This document shows, one piece after another, positions 12,810 through 23,654 of a stretch of DNA of 64,000 nucleotides. Every line of letters starts with the position of its first letter. The stretch's first letter is position 1. The position numbers and the translations under genes are program-made. The DNA lies in assembly GCF_018350175.1 (NCBI RefSeq), contig NC_058368.1:67396001-67460000 (forward strand). Reading direction: 5' to 3'. The stretch is from Felis catus (Eukaryota). The notes beneath the pieces were generated by a model that searched no databases, had not been told where the DNA came from, and was given only the letters and a program-made list of their open reading frames with translations.

Positions 12810-13243
12810 CACACACACACACACAATGGAGTATTACTCGGCAATCAAAAAGAATGAAATCTTGCCATCTGCAACTACGTGGATGGAACTGGAGGGTATT
12901 ATGCTAAGTGAAATTAGTCAGTCAGAGAAAGACAAAAATCATATGACTTCACTCATATGAGGACTTTAAGAGACAAAACTGATGAACATAAAGGAAGGGA
13001 AACAAAAATAATATAAAAACAGGGAGGGGGACAAAACAGAAGAGACTCATAAATATGGAGAACAAACTGAGGGTTGCTGGAGGGGTTGTAAGAGGGGGGA
13101 TGGGTTAAATGGGTAAGGGGTATTAAGGAATCTACTGAAATCATTGCTTCACTATATACTATTTTGGATGCAAATTTAAAAAAATAAAAAATAAAGTTAA
13201 ATTAAAAAACAATCTGAAACTCTACATAAAAAAAAAAGAAAAA
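12371..13243 (+). mobile_element. Carnivore/felid L1 3' end inserted into an older L1M
   Basis: ORF2 C-terminal peptide in ORF 12310..12720; TSD gaaatacgatattcatg (12354-12370) / gaagtatgatattcatg (13244-13260). Confidence 0.95.
12662..12824. repeat. (TA)n then (CA)n compound microsatellite inside the L1
   Basis: Read directly. Confidence 0.97.
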
Positions 13244-14120
13244 GAAGTATGATATTCATGCAATGGAAAATCATGCAGCAACTACAGGAATGAAAGAGTG
13301 ATGTATATACATCCTTACGACGTGGATGAATCCCAGAAACATTATACTAACTGGGAAGCAGCTGCTCACAAAAGATCACATATCGTATGATTCAATTCAC
13401 ACGTAACGTCCAGAATAGGCAGATCCACAGAGACAGAAAGCAGATCTGTGGTTGCCAGTGGCTTGGGGGAGGGAGTGCCAACGGGCACAACGTTTCTCGT
13501 GGTGATGAAATATTCCAAAACGTGAGGATGGATGCACAACCCTGTGAACATACTAAAAACTACCAAACTGTGCACTCTAAATGGGTGAATTTTATGGTAT
13601 AGAAACTATATCTCAATAAAGCCATCTTTTTACCCCCCCACCCCCCAAAAAAGGTAGGAGTGGTAAAAAAGCCCTATGTGGGGAAAAGTCCCAATCCACT
13701 ATTAAAATTATCCCGGGAGCAGGGAGCTGGGGGCAGGATCCGGGATGGAACCTTAGGCAAAAGAACTCTAATTAGCAGCTTATCACAAAGGGAAAAATGA
13801 GTACAGCCTTGATGAAGAAGATGTGAGAAGCCAGTCTTAAATTGGTTAGTATCGCAATCCACCAGTGGGTTATACGGCATCCCACTTTGAACCACAGATA
13901 GGAGTTCAGGAAAGGTCCCTGGTGCAGGGGTCGAAAAAGAAACCATGGATAGAGAAATTACTGCCTAGGTGTTCTGATGCTTAGAAACAACAACCAAGGA
14001 GAGGTGATATGGAATGACTGAACCAACAAGAAGTTGTAGCCCTACAAAAAAGACACAGTGAACCATCCAAATTTATTCCCTTTCAACTTTTTATTTGCAA
14101 ATTACAACTTAGAAATGTTG

Positions 14121-14340
14121 AGGGGCACCTGGGTGGTTCAGCTGATTGAGCAACTGACTCTTGATTTCGGCTCAGGTCATGATCTCACAGCTCATGAGAT
14201 TGAGCCCTGCATTGGGCTCTGCACTGACAGCATGGAGTCTGCTTGAGATTCTCTCTCTCTCCCTCTTTCTCTCTCTGTTCTTCCCCTGCTAGTGCTTGTG
14301 CACTCTCTCAAAATAAATAAAAATTAAAAAAAAAAAGGAA
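14121..14340 (+). mobile_element. SINEC
   Basis: Canonical head, (CT)n tract, A tail. Confidence 0.88.
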
Positions 14341-14424
14341 AAAGAAAAGTTGAAAGAATAATATAATGAACACCCATTTGGACCAATTGTTAACATTTTG
14401 CCATGTTTGCTTTATAAAGATATG

Positions 14425-14750
14425 ACGGGGCTGGCAAATTTTCTGTAAAGAGCCAGACGGTATTCTGGCTTCGGGAGACACATAAGGCCTTGGTGATAAT
14501 CACTCACCTGTACGGCTCCAGCACAAAAGCACCACAGACAAAGTGTAAAGGAACACGTGTGGTCGTATGCCAATAAAACTTATGGACACAGAAATGTAAA
14601 CTTCATGTAATTTTTATGTGTTGTGACATATTCTTCTTATGACCTTTTTCAACCATTTAGAAATATTAAAACCTTTCTGGGCTCACTGGCCATACAAAGA
14701 TGGGTGGTATGTCAGATTCGGTTCACAAGTTGTGGTTTCCCTACCCCTAT
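14425..14750 (+). mobile_element. hAT DNA transposon (MER58B-like)
   Basis: ggggctggcaaattttctgtaaag...caataaaacttatggacac...acccct. Confidence 0.65.
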
Positions 14751-15309
14751 GCAAGAGTTCAAGGCGCTTTGGAGAAGGCCTTGAGCCATATTCCAAAAAT
14801 ATCTTTCCATTTTAGTTTGTAAAACTTGTTGGCCTCTAGAGGGAGCTCAAGGATCTTGCTTCCTTTCCCCAAGGGTGACCCGGGACTGGGCTGCCCATCC
14901 AGCTCAAATCATTTCTTCGCTGGAGGACAGCGATCACTGTCACAGAGGTTAAGGTCCCAGCTCAGCAAGCCATGTCTCTGTCTATGCATGTGACCAGGGC
15001 AGTGTGGAACAAGACTGCTCCTATAGGGGATGGAGACTCATTTAGTTACATTCTGCTTGCTCAGAACAGCTGTCCTTCCCACCGGCCAGGAAGGGACCTG
15101 GCAAAAAAAATTCTACTTCTGTCCTTTGTGGGTTGGCTTTCTTCTTCCACATTGGTGATCTGTGTCAGCCTTTCCAGAAAGTTCCTTTGGAACTTAGAAA
15201 GCTTCAGAATTCAGGGAGGAGGCTTATGGCTTATTGACTATCCTAACTAGCTAAGGAAACAGAGACCCTCTTCTATGATCTGACCAAGGGTACCAAATGT
15301 ACCAAATGT

Positions 15310-15722
15310 TCTTTTTTTTTTAAGATTTATTTAATCTTTATTTTTTAATTTAATTTAATTTAATTTAATTTAATTTTATTTTATTTTATTTTATTTTTTA
15401 AATTTTTTAAACCTTTATTGATTTTTGAGACAGAGAGAGAGAGAGAGCATGAACGGCAGAGGTTCAGAGAGAGATGGAGACACAGAATCTGAAACAGGCT
15501 CCAGGCTCTGAGCTGTCAGCACAGAGCCCGACGTGGGGCTCGAACTCACGGACTGTGAGATCATGACCTGAGCTGAAGTCAGACACTCAACCGACTGAGC
15601 CACCTGGGCGCCCCATAATCTTTAGTTTTTTAGTTAATCCCTATACCCAACATGGGGCTTGAACTCACAGCCTCGAGATTAAGCATTGCATGCTCCACCG
15701 ACTGAGCCAGCCAGGAGCCCCT
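15310..15722 (-). mobile_element. SINEC_Fc (about 15340-15614) nested in the tail of an older short SINEC
   Basis: Two SINE heads (15614 and about 15721); taatcttta duplicated around the inner element. Confidence 0.85.
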
Positions 15723-15968
15723 CAAATGTACCAAGTGTTCTGCACATGCGTTTGGAGCCAAAGCTCCCACTTTCAAAGAAATGACTTTTCTGACTTGCTC
15801 TGTCTTCTGTATGTCTCAAGCTCCCTCAGGACTCTCAAGAAAGGGGCTGTCTGGACCAAGGCACAATAAAGTGATTTCTAGATCCACTGGCCATAATGCC
15901 ATTCTAATGTTACCTCTCAAGGCAACAATCCTACCAATACTATGAGGAGTACTTGGTTTAATACTTAC

Positions 15969-16130
15969 ATATTCTAATGCTGAATTCTTGGAGGTCAATT
16001 CTTTAAACTCCTTCATAAACATTTCCTTGACTTTTTCCATTTCATCAACTAGTTTCTCCTTTTCTTCTTCTTTCCATCTATCAAATAACTTCAGAAATTC
16101 TTCCTCTTTTGTTTTCTGCATTTCATATTC
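15969..16130 (-). CDS. DZIP1: DZIP1 coding exon ([54 protein letters not shown]), 162 nt
   Basis: Acceptor atttcag|GAA, donor TAT|gtaagt; lies in ORF 15816..16121. Confidence 0.97.
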
Positions 16131-16457
16131 CTGAAATTATTTGAACGCATGGTTTTAAAAGTTCTATATGAAGCAAAATTTTAAATAAATGACATGTGCA
16201 AAATTTTAAATAAATGGACATAGTTCCAGCTAGTTTTGAGTGTATCAGTTAGGTTTGCAATAGCACTTCATATAATGGCAACGTCCACAGCGATTTTTCC
16301 AAACCAAAAACAGCACATGGCATCCTTTCATCCTTACACCTCTTAAAATACAAACACAGAGGTCCAAAGTCTCAAGAGTTCGGTGATCTATGAACTTGTA
16401 TAGTAGATATGCAATAATATGTAAAATGTAAACATCCTTTAAAAGAAAATGTCTATT

Positions 16458-16680
16458 GGGGCGCCTGGGTGGCGCAGTCGGTTAAGCGTCCGACTTCAGC
16501 CAGGTCACGATCTTGCGGTCCGTGAGTTCGAGCCCCGCGTCGGGCTCTGGGCTGATGGCTCAGAGCCTGGAGCCTGTTTCCGATTCTGTGTCTCCCTCTC
16601 TCTCTGACCCTCCCCCGTTCATGCTCTGTCTCTCTCTGTCCCAAAAATAAATAAATGTTGAAAAAAAAATTAAAAAAAAA
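16458..16680 (+). mobile_element. Young SINEC_Fc
   Basis: CpGs intact; perfect TSD aaaagaaaatgtctatt. Confidence 0.95.
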
Positions 16681-16879
16681 AGAAAATGTCTATTGAGCAG
16701 AAGAACCATTCTCAATACTGTATCAATTTGGATAGAGTAGCCCCATCTCACTCCCAAAACACAAATTCCTATTTATACAAGCTAACTTTATGTCTAGTCA
16801 ATCAGCCTTTGATTTCTCAATGACCTTCAGTTTTGGGGTTTTTTTTGTTTTTTGTTTTTTGTTTTACCTAACTGCAGAC

Positions 16880-18925
16880 TTAACACAATAAACAAACTTA
16901 GTCTGACATATACAGAACACCCAAGAGCAGCAGAACATACATTCTTGTTAAACGCTCATGGAAGATTCACCAGGAGAGAGCAAATGTTAAGTCACAAAAG
17001 AGTCTCAAAAATTTTAATTATTTATTTTTAAGTTTATTTATTAATTTTGAGGGAAGGGGGAGAGGCAGAGAGAGAGGGAGAGAGAATTCCAAGCAGGCTC
17101 CCCCACTGTCAGCGCAGAGCCCGATGCAGGGCTCAAATCTCATGAACCATGAAATCATGACCTGGGCTGAAATCAAGAATAGAATGCTCAACCGACTGAG
17201 TCACCCAGGCTCCCCTCTCAATAAATTTTAAAAGATTGAAAGTGTGCTAAGTGTATTTCCCAACCACAGTGGAATGAAGCCAGAAATCAATAACAGAAGA
17301 AAATCTGGAAAATTCACAAATACTTAAAAAATTAAACACTGTACTCTTAAGCAACCAATGAGACAAAGAAAAACTCACTAGGGAAATTAGAAAATACTTT
17401 GAGATGGATGAAAATTAAAACACAACATATCAAAAAAAAAAAAAAAAGGAGAAACCAAAGCAGTGCTAAGAGGGAAATTTATAGCTGTAAATGCCTACGT
17501 TAAAAAAAGAAAGATGTCAGGAGACAAAGGTTACTTAACAATAACAGAGATCAATTTATCAAGAAGGTATAAGAATTATAAATATTTATGTATCCAACAT
17601 TGCAGCATCTAAATTTATAAAGCATATACTAACAGAACAAAAAGGAGAAATAAACAGCAACACAGTAATCATAGGGGACTTTAATACCCACTCTCAACAA
17701 TGGATAGATCGCCTGGACACAAAGTCAATAAGGAAACCCAGGATTTGAACACTTCATACCAAATGGACCCAATAGACATATAATATCCAACAGATAGTAT
17801 CCAGCAGAACACACAGTCTGCTTAGCTCATGTGGAAGTTTCTCCAGGATAGATCATACATTAGATGACAAGTCTTAACAAATTCAAGAGGACTGAATTTA
17901 TATCAAGTATCTTTCCTGACCACAATTGTATGCAACTAGAAATCAGTAACAGGAAGGGGGAGCCTGGGAGGCTCATTTGGTTAAGTGACAGACCAGCTCA
18001 AGTCATGATCTCTTGGTTCATGAGTTTGAGACCCACATTGGGCTCGGTGCTGAACAGCTTGGAACCTGGAGCTTGCTTTGAATTCTGTCTCTTTCTCTCT
18101 CTCTCTCTGCCCCTCCCCCACTTGTGCTTTCTCTCTTTCTCCCAGAACTAAACATTAAGAAAAAGAAGAAGAAATCAGCAACAGGAGGAAAATGAAAATT
18201 TACAAATATGTGGAAAATAAACAATACACTCCTGAACAACCAATGCATCAAAGAAGGAATCAAAAGGGAAGTAAATAAGATCTTGAGATAAACAAAAACG
18301 GAAACACAACATACAAAAACATATGGGATATGGCAAAAGCAGTTTTAAGAGGAAAGTTCACAGCTAAAAATGTCTACATTAAGAAAAAAAGAAATATCTC
18401 AAGTAAACAATCTAACTTTATGCCTCAAGATCTAGAAAAAAAAACAACTAAGCTCAAAGTTAGCAGGAGGAAGGAAATATAAAGATTAGAGCAGAAATAA
18501 TAAAATAGAGAACAGAAAAACAATGGAAAAGATGAACAATACTAAGAGTTGGAGCTTTTGAAAAGATAAACAAAATTAACAAACTCTTAGCTAGACTAAC
18601 CAAGAAAAGAAAAAGGACTCAAATAAATTATTAAATGAAAGAGGAGACATTACAACGGACACTACAGAATTACAAAAGATTATAATAGCCCACTATGCAT
18701 ATGATTATATGCCAACAAATTGGACCATCTCAAAGAAATGGATAAATTGCTAGAAACATGCAACCTACCAACACTGAATCATGGAAAAACAAAATCTGAA
18801 CAGACTAATGAATAAGGGGATTGAATCAGTAATCAAATACCTCCCAACAAAGAAAAGCCCAGGACCAGATGGCTTCACTGGTGAATTCCACCAAACATTT
18901 AAAAGGAATTAATCCCGATCCTTCT
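16880..18925 (+). mobile_element. L1 ORF2 fragments (endonuclease to pre-RT region), interrupted by SINECs at about 17015-17215 (-) and 17956-18170 (+)
   Basis: ggggactttaataccca, caacaaattggac, aaagcccaggaccagatggcttcactggtgaattc are L1 ORF2 motifs. Confidence 0.9.
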
Positions 18926-18959
18926 CACCATCCCACCGTTTCCGAACTTAGTACCGTAC

Positions 18960-19084
18960 CTTAGAGAACCTGACAGCGTGGGCGTGCTGTGCAGCCTCCA
19001 GCTGAGACTTGGTGAGCTGCAGCTGCTCCTTCAGCATGTCAATCTCACTCTGGAGCTTATCAGTCTGTGCCTTTTTCTTATACT
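18960..19084 (-). CDS. DZIP1: DZIP1 coding exon ([42 protein letters not shown]), 125 nt
   Basis: Acceptor gttgcaacag|AG, donor AAG|gtacgg; phase 1-0 fits the neighbouring exons. Confidence 0.94.
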
Positions 19085-20439
19085 CTGTTGCAACAGAAAT
19101 ATTTTATTAAAATACCACCTCTACTGAAACCTATCTGAAAACTTACAGGGTCTTATTGGTATGACAAAGACAAAGGAAACTGCTCCAACTTGGGATATTA
19201 TTACTTTTTTGTGCCACATGAGCCAATTTTTGCTCATGAGTGTTTACTCGCAGCCCATCGTGTTACTGGGCACTGAATTACTTTCAGCAGATCATTTTGG
19301 CCACTGTATTGGATTACCCTCCAGAGACAGTGTGAGAGCCCATTCAGGGAATAATAATGGTGACAAGGAATAATCCCGGGCTCTTCTTTGAGATGCCTGT
19401 CTCGGTGAGAGAAGGGAAGCTTCCACGGCAGGTCACTATCTTTCTGGCTCCCACCACATTCTTCTGAGAACCCCATCAGTGCTAAGACAATCAGAGGCTG
19501 GCATTCAAGATGCAAACTGGGGCCATAAACTGTTCACAGGGCCAAAAAGAGGTACCAGAAGGTTGTAAAAGGTAGCAACAAGTGAAGGGAAGATACTTAT
19601 GTACATGTACTTACATGAAGATGTGCACATGACTGAATGGATGTACATGTGTCTGTGAGTGTAGACATGCAAGGTATGAAAGCCAAAGTGGAAAGTCAGA
19701 ATCTCAAAGATGACCTGAAGAAATAATACTCATTTCAGAGTCCGAAATACTCTCTGAAACGAGTATGAGATAGAATAAGATACTGAAACAGAAGAGAAAG
19801 AAGGTCAGTTTCACACGGAAGAATGGTAGATTAATTAAACTATTTAACCTTCCCAATCTCTCCACTATATTGCTAAGTAGTATCAACGGTCCATGACTTC
19901 CATGTGGCATTTTATGCCATTCGTATTGTTTATACAAAGCTTAGCTATTTTTCCTAAATCAATCTGTTTGTCCGAAATAGGCAGGAATGGAAACAGACTG
20001 GCAAAAAAGGGAGGTTTCAGAAAGCAAGTACTTAGTGACAAGTTAGGAGTACGTACATCTAGATATGAAAACATTAATATCATAATGAGAATTCCTGTGG
20101 GTTACTGGTCTGTAGGCAATCTGCAGAATGCTTTGATCTGCAAGAAGAAATAGACCTGGTACTTTTTAAGAATATTTAAGTAACAGGAAATCTAGTTGAT
20201 AAGCCACCGAACTCCTGCCTTCTCTTGCTTATGTTCCTCCTCTAAACATGGTTAATTCATATCAGCACCCAAACACATCTTTGTATCTCCTGCATCAAAT
20301 GAAACAAAAATTTTCCCTTTGTTCCACATTTTCTTCCAGACAATGCTTCATGTCTCTGCTGTCCTCCCAGCAAATGTTACTGAAGTAAATGTCTACAACA
20401 TGACCACTTGCTCACCTGATTGTCAGCTCAGCTCACTCC

Positions 20440-21670
20440 CCTTGGGCTTTTGTCCACACCAATCCACTGAAGCTGCTATGTCAAGGTCAACAACAGCCAT
20501 CGTGACAGCAATAACCAATTCTCAGTCTTCATCTTACTCTACACCTCAGGTACATTCAATAAATTGGTCACTGCCTCCTTCCTGAAACACTTGTTTCCCT
20601 TGGTTTCCATGACAACACACTCCCCAGGTCTCCCTCCTGCTTCCATAACTATTTCTCACCCACCAGGCTGCTCCTCCTGAGCTCCTGATGTTGGGAGAGC
20701 CTTGAGGCTGGCCCCTAACCACCTTCTCTTCTCTGTCTAGGTGAGCTCATCCAGCCCAGCTCTGCTAACGACTCCTGGATTTGTATCTCCACCCTGGGCC
20801 TCACCTTGACCTCCAGAGCCCCTGCATCTCCACTCGCATGGCGTTTGTATGTGTGCCTCAGGTTTACCCTGACCAACACACACTCTCATTCTCCATCCTT
20901 CCTCAGCCCACCTCCCACCCCTAGATCCCCACCTCAGTAGACGTCACTGCCACTCACCCAAATGTACAGGACAAAATCCAAGACTGTCTTTCTCTTATCT
21001 CTTGTTCTCATGCTAAGTCACACGTCTGTGGGCTCTGTGCAGAACACACGTCCTCTCCATCTTCACTTCTCTGGTCTTCCCTGGTCCCGTCCTGGTCCTG
21101 CTGCCACATCACCCACCTGCATTACCCCAGTAGCCTCCCCACTCTTCCACCTGCTTCCACCACCACGGCCCCTACGCTCTTCACCAGCCGCTACCCACAT
21201 TCCTGGCCCGGGCCTTCAATGCCCCACGTGACCTGGCCCCCTCCCTTCCAATGTCCCCACACACTACTGCCTTGCTCGCTCTATTCCACTGATCTTCTGT
21301 CTGTTCCTCAAACATGCTGTGCTGCCCACCCCTCACATCTCCGACACTCAGAGCTCCCCATGTCTGGGATATTCATTCCCCAGCTTTTCCCGGGCTGGGA
21401 CCTCCTCATCAATCCAGTCTCTGATCAAATAAGGCCTCCTCCATGAAGACTTTGCTGACCACCTCCAGCCCATTCTTGTTTTATTTTCCGTGTTGCATTT
21501 GCCACCGTTTGAGAGGAACCACTCATTTATTTAAGTGTGTTTCCTCTGCCCCTCCTAACAGAATGTAAGACCCCAGAGGGCAGAACTTGGTCTGTTTCGT
21601 GTGCGCCCATAGCCCCAGGCCTGGTGCTGTGCATGGCACATAGTAGGCGCTCAATATTTCATGAATGAAC
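20440..21670 (+). mobile_element. L2 LINE remnant
   Basis: tccactgaagctgct...tcaaggtca; 3' end gcacatagtaggcgctcaata...tgaatgaa. Confidence 0.7.
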
Positions 21671-21783
21671 AAAGACTATGATACTTTTAGAAGGACTGAG
21701 AGATGCACTGGACCATGCCTCACTGAAAATAGAGAAAGGCACCAAAAGGAAAACAGCTCTGTGAAGCTGAGCTCGTGACTTAC

Positions 21784-21868
21784 CAAGGTGAGAATCTTCA
21801 GGGTGGCGGCGCTGAATGTGACTTTGTAGAAAAGCTTGGTTCATAAAGGCCTTATCACAAAAATGGCA
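21784..21868 (-). CDS. DZIP1: DZIP1 coding exon with the C2H2 zinc finger ([28 protein letters not shown]), 85 nt
   Basis: Acceptor ctttttcag|TGC, donor TTG|gtaagt; C-x2-C-x12-H-x4-H motif. Confidence 0.97.
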
Positions 21869-22779
21869 CTGAAAAAGAGACAGCAACAAATCTGAATGTC
21901 TGTAACAAGTGCTTTCCCACCTAATTTCAATTAAATTGGGGTACCTAAAGCACCACCTCTTGGGAACGGTCCCCCAAAAGATATCATCCCGGCAAGGGAT
22001 ACTAAAAGCAGGACTAAAAAGACAACTGTAAACCAGGGTGTTCTCTCCAAACTGAGAACAAGGCAGTGACAGCTATCTCCCGACAGCCAGAGTAGCCCAT
22101 TTGGGTGCCTGCAGGAACCCCTGATGCTGCTCCTGTTCCACAGCTGGTTCCCAGCCTGTCACCAACTTGTTCGAGACACTCCAGCCACGCCAGTCTTCTT
22201 TCTGTCCCTCAAGCAGGCCAAATTCAGCCTCTGCGTGAGCTCGTGCCCGGCCTGAACCTTGCCCAGACCTTCCCCCCACTGGCTCCTTCCTGACATTCAG
22301 GAGTCATTCCGGGAGCATCTTCCCCACTGGGCACGTCCTCAACAAGACCTTGGCAGATGGCCCTCCTGCCAGTCACTGTCCCACCACACTTACTTTCATC
22401 ATTGCATGTCCCACCAGTTACTATTTCCACGTTTAGCCACTTCACTTGTTTATTGTTCTCTGCTCAATCCCTCTTGGTTCTAGAATGTCACATTCCTGAC
22501 AGTGTGGGCTCTTGTCTATCTTATTCATAGCATTATTCCCAGAGCCCAGCATTAATAAATCACTGAACACATACTTAGAAATACTTGGCCTCCTAAAATG
22601 AATTTTACTGAAAAAAAAATCCACAAATATTTCTATTTTCCACTTTAACACAGATTCAAATTTTAAGCAAAAATTCCATTTGTTTCATCTATATCTTTGT
22701 TCCTGGATTACCCTGAATTAAAACCTGGATATTATATATTTCATTTGTTAGTATTTCAGAATCCATCTCTAAAAGGACA

Positions 22780-22990
22780 TTTTTTTCTTAATTTTTTTAA
22801 CATTTATTCATTTTTGAGAGACAGAGCATGAGTGGGGGAGGGGCAGAGAGAGGGAGACACAGAATCTGAAGCAGGCTCCAGGCTCTGAGCTGTCAACACA
22901 GAGCCTAAAGCAGGGCTCAAATTCACGAACTGTGAGATCATGACCTGAGCTGAAGTCGGACATTTAACCAACTGAGCCACCCAGGAGCCT
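22780..22990 (-). mobile_element. SINEC_Fc-like
   Basis: Canonical body; TSD tctaaaaggacatt. Confidence 0.92.
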
Positions 22991-23654
22991 CTAAAAGGAC
23001 ATTCTTAGAAAAAAATTTTACAGTTTGTTTTGAATCAGGATCCAAATACGGCCATATCCTGCAACTGCTCATTATGTCTCTCCACTGTCTTCTGGTCTAT
23101 AGACCGCCCCCGCCCCCCCATCTCTCTTTTATCTTTGCAATTCTTTTGCTGAAGAAACTAAACACGTGTCCTACAGAGTTTCTTCCAGTTTGGATTTTGC
23201 AGTTTCATTTTCATTGTGCTACTAACATGTTCTTCTATTCATGTGCAGTATTGCCTTACTCCAAATCAGTATAACTGCATCAGAAGTTCAGGGTCTCTTT
23301 CCCAGAAAGCCAACATTATGGCATATTTCTTGGCCTTGCATTTCGGGGAGTCTTTAAAGTATCTTTCCAGCCTTCTCTGCTCTTGATGACTGCTCAAGTT
23401 TAGTATGTCATGGCTTGCCCACTGGACTCAGATGTTGGTGTGGGCTTTAGGGCCAGGCACAGCACTGGAGAAAGGAAAGGATGAGGCTTTCTGGAAACTG
23501 TGACTTTTAATTTCTAAAATCAAAAAATAGATATTTTAACTATTTGAACAATACAGAAAAGCCATGAACTCAGGGTAAGAAGGGGTAGGAAAACCTAAAC
23601 TGTGACAAATTGCTGGAGTCTCACAGTGGAAGAGTCTAAGAGTTAAAAACTCCA

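Noticed and set aside
12522..12844. Ile-Tyr repeat proteins (also at about 53609-53923)
   Set aside because: Translations of (TA)n microsatellites.
16453..16757. Recurrent ORFs such as MGQRETEHERGR... and AQSV...SAQVMIS... at many positions
   Set aside because: Translations of SINEC elements, not a gene family.
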